A stretch of 64,000 nt of DNA from Podarcis cretensis (lineage: Eukaryota), in contig OX638160.1 in the NCBI GenBank assembly GCA_951804945.1, positions 27,280,001-27,344,000 of the forward strand, written 5' to 3'. The notes below the pieces were generated by a model, which was not told the origin of the DNA, did not search any database, and saw nothing but the letters and a program-made list of their open reading frames with translations. How positions within the stretch are numbered: position 1 is the first letter of the stretch; each line of letters begins with the position of its first letter. This document shows, one piece after another, positions 39,449 to 51,117 of this stretch. The translations under genes were made by a program, and so were the position numbers.

Positions 39449-41566
39449 CCGCACAGAACCCTTTGCTGCCACCCCCAATGCCATGTGAATTTATCAGCTA
39501 TTTGTGTGGGCCACAGCCTAACGTTCTGTTGCCCTCAGACCAAATTCAAGTGCTCTCTATGATTAAGCAGCTTAGAAGATGAACCGGCCATCCATCCTTC
39601 AGCAAGCTGCTGGTTGTAGAGAAAGATGTTAAAAGAGAAGAAGAAAGGAGTAGGCATCAGAAACACAGAGAGATGAGTCCCCACCCACCCATAACTGGCT
39701 TCAGCCCTGCCCACAATTGGCATTTGGTCCTTGACAGGAAAAAAAGGGTGCCCATGCCGGACTACCAGAACTGTATGGAACTACCTTGAGATGGGATGTA
39801 GTTGAGCTAGAAAGGGTATCTGTCCAAGGTGCTGAGTTGTATGTAGCATGGCTGCTACTCACCCACTTAGGCAGTATGGGGCTAAATGGGCAACTGGTCT
39901 AATTCACTAAACGCTACTCTCTTCTTTTCTGGTTCATTGTCAGTACACTTAAAATGCGGTTCATGAATTGTTTTTCTCTCCAGATAGGGAGAGTCATACA
40001 TTTTGATCTATGAATAAAAGTTTCTGTTCCGTTTTTAAGGGTAAAGAATTCTCATTGTAGGATTTATTTATTTATTTGTTTTAAAATCAATTTCCCTACT
40101 TTTCTCAGCCTCCAGGGCCTGACTATAAACAAGCTTATATTGTTGTGAAAAGACTCAGTCATCTGTCTGTATCATACGCCGGGATGTCGAGCGTTTTCTC
40201 CTTCTCTCTTGCCCTTGTTGCTTTTAATGCTGGGTTCTTTTCTCCAGCCATCCATAGTAAACACCAATTCCATTTCCATTCTATTATTTTTCTAATCAAG
40301 AGTTTGTCATGCAAAAGAAGATCTGAGGTGACTGTGTTTTCCATTATGCAAAGTATTCAACTATGATAATGGCTTTAGGACAGTTTCAGAAAGAAAAGGT
40401 GGGGGGAGGGGAGGAGTGCATGGAAAGATCCCTTCATATATATTTCCTCCCTCACATTTAAAATTCAGGCCACTGAGTTCACCCTAATTTGCCACACACA
40501 TTTTCTCTAGTCTCCCCAATCTGTTCTTATTGTAAATAAAAGAATTGGCAGCTTCCAGTGAATGGGCTTCTCTTAAGTGCTTATCAAAAAAAAGGAGGGG
40601 GGAGGGAGGAATGTAGAAGAAGGAGAAGAGGGAAGAAAGGGATTGTAAAACGTAGTCATATTTAGTACACTCTCCGCTTCTCTTTGCTTGCACGACTAAA
40701 CTCGCATTTAGTAAAATCTACAGTCAATGAATTTTACCTTTTGAGCCCAAGTTGTTTCTGCTCAGAACAAAGTAATAATAATATAAAGAAAAAATGCCAG
40801 CAAAGGAAACCTGACATTTCTTAGAAATTTTCTAGTCTGTCTTATGCCAAATCCCATAGGGACGACGGGTCTGTAAAGAATGGGAGTTTATTTTCCAAGT
40901 GCTTTGAACACAGCACTTTCATATTTTCTGGGGCAAGGTGCTTTGGCAATCTCAATAATTGTATTTTGCTATTAGTCTATCATTTGAAAATGTTGAAGAT
41001 TCTACACGCACTTGATGAGGCATGAGGATTTGCTTCCTTTTAGTTTGCATGGTAATTAATGTCCAACCAAATGCAAAAACTACTGCCATAAACCTGATTT
41101 CTAGGGCAACTATATATATATATATATTTCTTTGGCTCTCTCTTTTTGCCACATGCATTTCTCTGTGTACATTTGCAGATATATCATGACAGTTGGTTTG
41201 CACTACTTGCTCAAGGTGTGTGCCTTGGTGGAGAAAAAGTAAGCTATGAGGCCCACCTAGCAAAACATAAACCACCTCTCTGATCAATGGGGATCACTAC
41301 CAACATCTAACCACCTTGAGGTGGATTGCAGTAGGCAGTATATAAAAATCCTTGTAAATAAACAAAAGTAAATAAAACTAATGGTATGCATCACGGTTTA
41401 TTTATTGAAGCCAAATGACAAGAACCCCCCTCCCCTAAAATTAGAATCATAAGGGATCAAAAGCACAGAACCATCCACAGGCCAGCCTGCCTGGTTTCCC
41501 TATCCCCAGTCTCACATCAATCCAAACCACAGTACGCCATCATGGCCGAGATTTAGAGTACTATGT

Positions 41567-41901
41567 CAGGCAATTTTTTTTGTCCAGTGGAACTTTAGAC
41601 CTCATGGAGGGGGGGTTGGGGAGCAGCTTGTGGCATTGGGGTGGAGGGTGTCTGCCATTCAAAATGGGTAAGTAAAAAATCCCATCGAGCATGCCCACAA
41701 CCATTGGGCGCATCTAAAGTAGCTCCTTAGAGATCCCAGCCAATGTGCTGCACAAGATTATTTGAAGAGTGCCGGAAAAGCCAAGAGCAATAAACTAAGA
41801 GAAGGTCAAATGAAGGTCACTAGTCAAATGGGCCTTTGTAATTAATCAGATCTGGAGTACGACTTGTTTCTAAGTATCAATGAAACTCTTAAGGTTTTTT
41901 G

Positions 41902-41944
<43 letters not shown>

Positions 41945-42080
41945 CACTCAAGAAAAAGAGGTGCCGGAACTCACCACCCTTGTTTTCTTAGAACGACAAT
42001 GGTGCCCCACTTGAGAGGTGCAGGAACTCACCTGAGAGGTGCCAGAACTGAGTTCAGGTGAGTTTTAAAAAAGCTGTGTG
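41567..42080. mobile_element. Non-autonomous DNA element with GAGGTGCCGGAACTCA subterminal repeats and internal (AC)n
   Basis: Three gaggtgc(c/a)(g/a)gaact repeats at 41958-42050, T-run/A-run inverted ends, and (AC)n at 41904-41942. Confidence 0.5.
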
Positions 42081-45000
42081 ATTGTTTGTGACTCTGGGAT
42101 TTTGATTCCTTTGGGTGATAGATAGTGCTGATAACTGAGGATGACTGTATGAGCAGAATCCATTGGAAAGCAAAGATGCAACAGATAACCAGAAAACATG
42201 TATCTCTCTACCATCACCACCTCCCACAAGGTTGCATACCTGTTTCTGGCTAATTCTAGGTAAAAAACTGTGCAAACTTCAAAGCTGCTGTATCACACTA
42301 CCACAGGGCTCCACTGCTGCAGGTAAATGGCCGTTTCCACGAAACGTAGTTCTGGTCCTATCCTTCCTTTACACATTTCATTTACCTGCCCTGAGGTTTT
42401 AGGCTGCCCTATCCTGTATTGTTTAAAATATTTGTTTTTATTTTAAACTGTACCTGGTTTTAATCTGTATCGCTGAAAACCATTTTGGGACCTTTAGCAA
42501 AAAGAGTCTAAAGATCTAATACGTGAATAAAATAAATAAAAATGTAGTGAGAACATGTGGTGAGGATTTTCAGATCCCTGAACACTCGGTCACCATGGTC
42601 AATCTAGCTAAACTCACAACAACAACAACAACAACAACAACACCTAGAAAATGCCTGAGAAAACATTTAGAAAACTAAATGCCTTTAGTTGGCACTGAAT
42701 TATATAAGTCAGTCATTCTAAATTCCAGAGGCTGGGTGCCACAAATGAAAAGGCCCTGCTGCAACCTTACCTCACTATATTAATTTACTGTATTTTTGAA
42801 ATGGCCACTTATTTGCTAGCTTCTAATTCAGTACTAATTCCTGGAATCCTTGCCGAGTTCTGATATTTTTTTACTCTCTGTGAAGTATTTTAACATCCGT
42901 CACAACCAGCACAGTCCCATTGTCCACCTCACACCGACCCCCAAACAAGAAGGGAGTCAGCAGCACCTTAATTCATCTTGTTTATACATCATCCACCTCC
43001 CCTCAAAGACAGCCCTCGATGATTGTTTTGACACAATCCTTAGAGTAGGTAGTAGAATAGAAGTATTACCTTGGCAGACTGCAGGCCAAACTCTTGTTCA
43101 AATTCTTCTGGCTGAAAAGCTCCCCTTCTTAAACTCCCCCTTTTCAATTTATCGTCTTGAATACAGAGCTAGGCACTTCATCTTGGTGTGTAGCAAGACT
43201 TGGTCTTTGTGTCTTTAAGTCACACTAAGAGAGAGAAAAAGAAAGAAGGAAAGGTGTAGGCCTTAATGATACTGTTCCATCATGCTAAGCACACACTGTA
43301 ACAATCCTATATGCCCATTTCCTTCAGACCTGAGTCAATGTGACCAGATATATCAGCAAGTTCACACTTCATTCTAAATTACACAAAGGTTTTTCAAATC
43401 AGTCTAGATTTTGATTTTGGTTGTAATTTTCAAATTGTCCTATCACAAACTTTTAGGGTGATCTGTAACAAAGGACAAAGTCCCTACTCTCCACCAATCA
43501 ATGTCAAGCACTTAAACAAAAAACTTATACCATTCATCAATCTTATTATGTGTCTGCTCCAACAGTAGCTGTAATGTAAGGAACTGATTTGGAGACAAAA
43601 TCTTTTGTACAAAGCCATCCATGACTTTAAGAGCAAGTTTTGAACCCACATCCAATCTCAATACTGTATTTATTTATTACACTTTAGTTCTACCTTTTGT
43701 TCAAGAAACTCAGGGCATCATACATGTACCTGCCTCATTTAATCCATACAACCCTGTAAACTTTGTTAGGGTGAGAAAAAGAGAATGACCCAGTGAGGGT
43801 TGACCGAGTAGATTTGAAGCCACATGTCTCTGGTCCAAGACTCTATCCTGCATTGGCTCTCCTTGGACCAAACTTCAGCTCCGTTAACCAGGTTTCTGTC
43901 CATTTTTAAAATATGGTGTTCCTCTTGTTTAGCAGAAGTGTTAAGAATCAATTTAAGAACCTGAATTTGTAATTCCACAAAGCAAACAAGGTGTTTCCAT
44001 TGTACTATGAACAGTATAGTTAGGACCATACCAGTGTAGGATTGCCTTCCAGTACTTTGAAATTGTAGTGAGTTATAAGAAAAGTTTTAAAAGTTTATTT
44101 AACCCCAACAATGATTAATTATTGTTGTGAACCATTTAAGAAGCCCCATGTGTGCAAACAATGTCTGCTCTCTCCCCTGTTGTGAAAATGATGTTTGCTG
44201 AGGAGGTCTAAACTCATGAGTGTTATTTTAAAAATATTCAGATATAAATCTGAAAAAGCACTATTGTTTAAGGAAGAATTGGATTGCTCAAAAAGCAGAT
44301 TTAGAAACACCTTCCATTTGTAGGAGTTCCAACACACGCATGAGGCTCCTCAATAAATCATTACTTTTCCATTCTTTTCAATGGCTACATACTAAAAGGA
44401 AGTAGATCGTCATAAACCTTTTTTCACATATTAGAATGACTGAGGCAAACCCACACGTGCAATGGAATTTGTGCAAATCTGATTGTATATGTATCTGATT
44501 AATTGTGGGTGCAAATTAAAAGGGGGAATTAACAGAGCAATCATATGAATATCTACTCAGTAGTAAGCCACATGGAGCTTATTCTAAGGTGTCCAGGACT
44601 ACAGCTTAGCTCTTTCATTCTAAACACATCTACTAGAGAGTCGGTCCCACTGAATGTCATGAAACTTACTTTTGAGTAAACATGCATGAGATTGCCCTGT
44701 TGGAAGGAGAGCTGGCCCAAAAGAATATCAGCAATAATTACATACGATATACGTATGCTATATCTGAAAGAGATCCAGCAATCATTTAAATATATTAATT
44801 TTCTCAACATAGAACGTCCTGTACTGTGAATTTTCAAGTACCCAGGAGTTAGTGTATTACAGATTTTTTATTATTTAAAAAACCAGATAAACTAGATAGG
44901 TAATGATATGCTATTTCAAAAAAGATGCCTTTCTTCCTCTATTCATTATAACTAGATGTTGGTAGTAACTTTTTTGAATGTGGGACAGCACTGCTGGGAG

Positions 45001-45540
45001 AAAGGAAGTGGCCTAAATATTTAGTCTGAGATCTGTCTGTAAGACAGAAAAAAAATGTTCTAGCTATTGACTGCAACAGAGTCAAAACAGAAACTGGAAG
45101 ACATTCTCTCCTAAAAGACTTGATTCCAGCTTGTTTCGTTTCTGTGCGAGACAGGCCGCAATCCTACATGCACATACCAGGGAGTAAGTGCCACTGAACT
45201 CACTGGGACTTCCGAGTGAGTAGACAACCCGAGGAACCTGTGGTGCACAAGCTACAAATTAATTTTCAAAGCAAGATGTACAAGCCTAGGTTCCTTTATC
45301 CAACTTATGTAGTAGCACATTTTACTGGGGTGTATGTTTCTGTTCAGATTTCACTTGGGAGTTGGTTTCTGTGAGCAAATGGAAAGAGTTTGAACTTAAG
45401 GGAAAGCTTATGGTGTGATGGGGAAGTAAATGAAAGTTGAAATGGAATTACCGTATGTGTAATTCCAAGGAGTGCCTTGGAAAACAGCCCAGTAAACATG
45501 TATAGGATTCCACTGTAAATGTATGAGGGCCAAAATTAAA

Positions 45541-45785
45541 TGTGGCTTCCTGTTTGTGGAATGCTATCCCCAGGGAGGTTCATCTTCAGGCACCAGGCAA
45601 AAAATGGACCTCTTCAACCAGGCCTTTGGCTGATTGGTATTCTATGGCCTTTAAAATGTGTTTGTGGAAGGGAGCAGTTAATGCTTTAACTATTTATTTC
45701 GTGCTTCTATCCTGTATTTTTATCCTGTGAACCACCCTGAGATATTTGGATGAGTGCAGTATATAGATCTAAAAATAAATAAATG
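45541..45785 (+). mobile_element. L2 LINE 3' end
   Basis: tgtggaatgc...tgtgaaccaccctgag...cagtatata...(TAAA)n tail. Confidence 0.65.
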
Positions 45786-47047
45786 ACGAGTTAGGATACA
45801 AGTTAGGAAAGTTCCAGCTTTTGGAACCATTGGAACTACCTCCCAAGGAATCTTATTTGGATCTCTCTTTTTTTGGATGAAATTGGTCAGATGGTTACAG
45901 GTTTTTCATGAGGACTAGGAGCTTCACCCCCCCCCCTTATTTCCTTTTTATGAAAATTGGTATTTTCAGGATGCTGCTCCAGTTGTTAGTCACATGCCCT
46001 CCTCTCCTGTGGCATAACCAGAGTTATGCTGCTATCTGGAGTCTTTGTTTCATCTCCCCAACTGTGACTGCCCAGCAGACTACACTCCTCAAACTACCTT
46101 TTCTGGCCAACTGGGTGGAGTCTTGCTACAATTCGATGACTTGTTTAGGGAGGGAGATGGCTCAACTGTGTCTCCCTACACCTTGATTCATACAATTCAC
46201 TACCATATTCCAGAAGGGAAGGCTGGATCAGCAGGTGTGTTTTGGTTTATGAGGCAAGACATTTGGGTGGAGCAGTGAAGTTGTCAAAAGTGTGAAGTGG
46301 GAGGTTAGAAAGTATGGCCATTGTAAATACTTGTTTAGATTATATGTGTGTGAAACACTAAGCTTACAAAGTGATATTACACATCTATGTACTGAGAGGT
46401 GGAAGGTGGGAAAGAGACAGAGAGAGATTCTTACTACTTGCTTCTATAGGAACCAGTATTAGTATGGAGACAACCTTGACTGTGTAAACACTTGTTCCCA
46501 GCCAAACTTCTTTGCTACCAGTTGTTTTGAGTGCATCTTTTGTCCTTGGCACATCCTCCCTCCCATCCCAAAGTTTGAACTTGCCATGGAAACCTCAGAG
46601 GAACCACCAGTCAGGAAGCTAGCTAATGCCACAACAGCAGTGGAAACACAAATGGGAGTGTGTAAACAGGCTTACAGCCACATTCACCCAATGAAGTCAT
46701 CAGATGATCCCCACACATGTGCTGAAGCTAGCTAGCCCCGCCCCATGTGGAAAAGCCATGGCTTCATTCGACTTGTTTATACGTTCAGTCAGCATGTGAA
46801 GGGGCTCTACATGTGTACCCCTCTTCCACTGCAAAGGTGCCACCTGATTGGCCCAGGATTCCTCCTTATGTCGAAGAGCTCATTGCCTACAGAGCCCCTT
46901 CACAGGCTGGCTAAGCACAAGGGCAACAAAGGGGAATGGCTGCGGTACACATGGGCAATGGTGGCATGAATTGCCTGAACCTTCCTATTGTCTCTAACAA
47001 GAACAACAACAGGAAACTCCTGATTCCCGCTAAACACAACTAAGTCC

Positions 47048-47066
47048 AGTGCCACCTAGTGGCTAA
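47048..47066 (-). promoter_or_regulatory. Candidate CTCF binding site
   Basis: Minus strand TAGCCACTAGGTGGCACT closely matches the CTCF core CCASYAGRKGGCR. Confidence 0.6.
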
Positions 47067-47359
47067 ACATAATGACAATTTATCCTCCTTGTAGCATTGC
47101 AGCTATCAGAGACCTGCTGCATTAGCCTCAAGTCCCAATTCTTGCACTTATTTGTGGGTGAGGGATGTATTTTTGAAACTAAAACTACCTCTAATTTTTG
47201 GCTGACAGATCAAACACAGTGAGATCTCTGTCTCTCCTTCAGCTATGCATTTATTTTGCTGTTTCTGCCTAACCTCACACTTGGAAGTGATCAAACATGA
47301 GCAAGATACTATTCAGTGGGCACAGCACCACCTTACCTTGAGTAGCTTGGGAAGTTATG

Positions 47360-48045
47360 CATTCATGCAGCACAGAGTTAAACTATGAGACTCATTCCCA
47401 GTCGAGGCAGTGATGGCCACCAGCTTGCATGGCTTTCAAAGAGTACTACTATATTGGACAAATTCATGGAGGATAAGGCTTTCACTGGCTACGAGGCATG
47501 GTAGCTATGCTCTGCATCCACAGTCAGAGGTGGTAATGCAGCATTACCAATGACCAGTTACTAATGCTTCAGAATATCAGCTTCTAGGAACCACAGGAGG
47601 GGAGAATGCTCTTGTGCTCAGGTTTTGCTGCCGATATCCCAGAGGTATGTATGGTCACTGTGAGAACAAGATGCTGGACTCGGGCAGATCTACTATGAAA
47701 CTAATGAAGCTTAAGGTTTAGGACCCTTAATCCCAGAGGGGCTCCAGAAGTGATTTTAGTCCTCATTGCTTAACATTTATGGGTCTAATACACCCACAAT
47801 TTGTGTCATACAATTCAAACTGGGTTGGTTTTTTACTGTATTTCAACAATCCCAAAGTTAGAGCGTCAGTAGTGGTGATCTGTCATGGAACAACCCTACT
47901 GAAGAAGATACCAGTGGTTACCCAGACCTTGTTGCTGGTTGAGAAGTGGCCTGGTTACAGTTCAAGCTTCAAGGCCCCCAAAATGTAGATTCACTGCTGG
48001 CTAGAATAAATGGGCCACTGGAATAAAGGTTCTTCTCATGTTCAC
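47360..48045 (+). mobile_element. CR1 LINE 3' end, split by a DNA-transposon insertion
   Basis: gttaaactat...gtgatggccaccagcttgcatggctttcaaagag...ttggacaaattcatggagg is the CR1 ORF2 end. The 3' UTR resumes after 47999. Confidence 0.7.
47681..47999. mobile_element. hAT-like element nested in CR1
   Basis: ggcagatctac / gtagattcactgctg termini with a 6/8 TSD (gctggact / gctagaat). Confidence 0.55.
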
Positions 48046-48339
48046 ATGTTTATTTGAAAGCCAGCCACACTCAATTCCACTCAGGTAATGGGCCACAAAA
48101 GTTGGTCCTGGTTTTTTATTTTGGTTTTATTTTGGTTTGGTCTTCAAATCCTTTGAGATATTTGCCCAATTTTACCTCCCAGCCTGACATCAGTCCCTCC
48201 AGCAATGATGTGTTTTGTAAGTTCTTGGATGGATGGGTGGGTGGAGGGAGGGAACAGCTGTCATTTTAAATGTTAATTTCTGGGAAGAAACTGACTTAAT
48301 GTTTGCTTCATTTAAAAAAAAAAATACATAATCGTTTCA

Positions 48340-50383
48340 TGTCGACTTTACAAGTGTATTTAAGGGCGGGAGGCTGGGAAGCGAGCGCTGAGTAAGGCGC
48401 GCCAAGAGGCCGCCTCTAAAGACTTCCCTGCGTCAGGTTACAATCATTTCAAGTGAAGAGTTTTTGGTGGTTGAGGGTTTTGTCGTTTTTGTTTTATTGA
48501 AAGCTGCTCAGCAAACTAGCATCTACCTCCAAGTTGCGATGCTCTAAAACTTTGCTCTAATTCACAAACATACGTCCTTGCCTTAAGTCTTCTCCTGCCC
48601 CCCTTTTTGCATTTTATTAAAATGCGAACCACCGAATTTTTAGGCGTAGAAAGGGGAAGAAAGCAATTGTCTGCTCCCTCCTATTCATTAGCTGCTCACA
48701 CAGCATATGGGTCTATTCTTCTTTTTAAGGCAAAACCCACCAAGCCTGGCCTCCTCCCCCCTCCCCCTCGTGTCCTGGAGGAGAAGTTGGAGGAGGAGCG
48801 AGGTGGGAGGGAGGGTGGAGAGAGAGAAACCGTATCGGACGACCTCCGCCTCCTCCTGCGCTTGGAAGCGGGGAGTGATGTTGGGCGACGGTCCCTGACG
48901 CAGGGAAAACTTAGGCGTCGGTTTCAAGGCTCCTCCCTTCTGGTGAAAGGCAGACTGCGGGGCGCCTGGAAACCGGTTCGAGGGAGAGAGGGCTTGAGGG
49001 ATTGCCACAAATGGTCAGGCGGCAGCGGTGGCGGAGAAAGAAGAAGAAAAGGCGGCGGTAGCAGCAGCAGCAGCAGCAGCAAGAGCTGGAGCTGGCGCGC
49101 TCTGCCTGGCAGGCGAGAGAGAGAGCAGAGCGCGCTGGCGGCGCGGCGGAGGGACGTGCTCGCGGGGTGGCCCTCGCCGTCCTCCTCTTCCTTGCAGCCT
49201 CCTCTGCAGGAGGCTCAAGTTTGACCTGGCAGGAGAGGAGGTGAAAGGCGGCGGCGGCGGCAGCAGCAGCAGCAGGAGGGACCTGGAGAGGGAGGCGGCG
49301 GCGGCAGGAGCAGCAGCCAGAGGACCCGGCGAAGTATGGCAGAGAAGTGGACTCGGCAAGTTTGCAGCGGGGCCGAGGCGGAGAGGGGCAGCCGGGCCGG
49401 CGCTCTCTCCCCGCCGCTGCTGCTGCTGCTACTGCTGCTGTGCACGGAGGCGCCGATGCTTCCCGCTCTGGGGCAGCAGCAGCAGTACAACGGCGAGCGG
49501 GGCATCTCGGTACCGGACCACGGCTACTGCCAGCCCATCACCATCCCCCTGTGCACGGACATCGCGTACAACCAGACCATCATGCCCAACTTGCTGGGCC
49601 ACACCAACCAGGAGGACGCGGGCCTGGAGGTGCACCAGTTCTACCCGCTCGTCAAGGTGCAGNNNNNNNNNNNNNNNNNNNNNNNNNNNNNNNNNNNNNN
49701 NNNNNNNNNNNNNNNNNNNNNNNNNNNNNNNNNNNNNNNNNNNNNNNNNNNNNNNNNNNNNNNNNNNNNNNNNNNNNNNNNNNNNNNNNNNNNNNNNNNN
49801 NNNNNNNNNNNNNNNNNNNNNNNNNGCGAGAAGTTCCCCGTGCACGGCGCCGAGGAGCTCTGCGTGGGCCAAAACACCTCCGAGCGCGGCACGCCCACGC
49901 CCTCGCTGGGACCCGAGTTCTGGACCAGCAACCCGCAGCTGCGGCCCGGCGGCGGCGGCGTGGCAGGAGGCGGGGGCGGAGGGAGCCACCTGGCGGAGCG
50001 GGCGGGCAGGTTCACCTGCCCCCGGGTGCTCAAGGTGCCCTCCTACCTCAACTACCGCTTCCTGGGCGAGAAGGATTGCGGGGCGCCCTGCGAGTCCGGG
50101 CGCCCCTACGGGCTCATGTACTTCGGGCAGGAGGAGCTGCGCTTCTCCCGCACCTGGATTGGCATCTGGTCGGTGCTGTGCTGCGCCTCCACCCTCTTCA
50201 CCGTGCTGACCTACCTGGTGGACATGAAGCGCTTCAGCTACCCGGAGAGACCCATCATCTTCCTCTCGGGCTGCTACACGGCGGTGGCGGTGGCCTACAT
50301 TGCAGGGTTCCTGCTGGAGGAGAAGGTGGTGTGCAATGAGCGCTTCTCCGACGATGGCTCGCGGACGGTGGCGCAGGGCACCA
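48340..50383 (+). promoter_or_regulatory. CpG island covering the FZD1 promoter, 5' UTR and 5' half of the CDS
   Basis: Abrupt rise in GC and CpG density, GC box gggcggg at ~48364, (GGC)n/(GCA)n runs at 49051-49081 and 49247-49272. The TSS cannot be determined from sequence. Confidence 0.85.
49011..49061 (+). other. Candidate upstream ORF MVRRQRWRRKKKKRRR*
   Basis: ATG at 49011 (G at +4), TAG at 49059-49061; translated by hand. Confidence 0.4.
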
Positions 50384-51117
50384 NNNNNNNNNNNNNNNNN
50401 NNNNNNNNNNNNNNNNNNNNNNNNNNNNNNNNNNNNNNNNNNNNNNNNNNNNNNNNNNNNNNNNNNNNNNNNNNNNNNNNNNNNNNNNNNNNNNNNNNNN
50501 NNNNNNNNNNNNNNNCCAACTCCCAGTACTTCCACCTGGCTGCTTGGGCTGTGCCCGCTATCAAAACCATCACCATCTTGGCTCTGGGGCAGGTGGATGG
50601 GGATGTGCTGAGTGGCGTCTGCTTTGTGGGCATCAACAATGTGGATGCCCTGCGGGGCTTTGTGCTGGCTCCTTTGTTTGTTTACTTGTTCATTGGCACT
50701 TCTTTCCTCCTGGCTGGATTTGTCTCCCTTTTCAGAATTCGGACCATCATGAAACACGACGGTACCAAGACAGAGAAGCTGGAAAAGCTGATGGTTAGGA
50801 TAGGAATCTTCAGTGTCTTGTACACAGTGCCTGCTACCATAGTCATTGCCTGCTATTTTTACGAGCAAGCATTTAGGGAACAGTGGGAAAGGAGTTGGTT
50901 TGCTCAAAGCTGCAAGAGCTATGCCATCCCTTGCCCCAGTAACCACCACCATCCGCCCATGAGTCCTGACTTCACCGTCTTTATGATCAAGTATCTCATG
51001 ACTTTAATTGTAGGCATCACTTCTGGCTTTTGGATCTGGTCTGGGAAAACACTCAATTCCTGGAGGAAGTTCTATAGCAGACTCACCAACAGTAAGCAAG
51101 GGGAAACTACAGTGTGA
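49336..51117 (+). CDS. FZD1: Frizzled-1 (class F 7TM Wnt receptor), single exon, 593 aa
   Basis: Strong Kozak context (aagtATGg); poly-Leu signal peptide; CRD start [60 protein letters not shown]; TM segments; KTxxxW motif (KTLNSW). The C-terminus [12 protein letters not shown] distinguishes FZD1 from FZD2 (SRHGETTV) and FZD7 (SKGETAV). The frame is preserved across two N-runs. Confidence 0.97.
   Translation: MAEKWTRQVCSGAEAERGSRAGALSPPLLLLLLLLCTEAPMLPALGQQQQYNGERGISVPDHGYCQPITIPLCTDIAYNQTIMPNLLGHTNQEDAGLEVHQFYPLVKVQXXXXXXXXXXXXXXXXXXXXXXXXXXXXXXXXXXXXXXXXXXXXXXXXXXXXXXXEKFPVHGAEELCVGQNTSERGTPTPSLGPEFWTSNPQLRPGGGGVAGGGGGGSHLAERAGRFTCPRVLKVPSYLNYRFLGEKDCGAPCESGRPYGLMYFGQEELRFSRTWIGIWSVLCCASTLFTVLTYLVDMKRFSYPERPIIFLSGCYTAVAVAYIAGFLLEEKVVCNERFSDDGSRTVAQGTXXXXXXXXXXXXXXXXXXXXXXXXXXXXXXXXXXXXXXXXXXXXXNSQYFHLAAWAVPAIKTITILALGQVDGDVLSGVCFVGINNVDALRGFVLAPLFVYLFIGTSFLLAGFVSLFRIRTIMKHDGTKTEKLEKLMVRIGIFSVLYTVPATIVIACYFYEQAFREQWERSWFAQSCKSYAIPCPSNHHHPPMSPDFTVFMIKYLMTLIVGITSGFWIWSGKTLNSWRKFYSRLTNSKQGETTV

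Noticed and set aside
48607-49224. 205-aa ORF in frame with and upstream of FZD1, as a possible N-terminal extension
   Set aside because: Non-ATG start and an in-frame TGA at 49222-49224 separate it from the FZD1 CDS; it is CpG-island sequence.
49429-50952. 507-aa antisense ORF and alternative-frame ORFs (49028-50209, 49347-50339) overlapping FZD1
   Set aside because: Shadow ORFs expected from extreme GC3 bias and N-runs lacking stops; low-complexity translations with no domain.
49336-51117. FZD1 as a processed pseudogene, or as FZD2/FZD7
   Set aside because: FZD1/2/7 are natively intronless, the ORF is intact with a CpG island and UTR, and the terminal residues are FZD1-specific.
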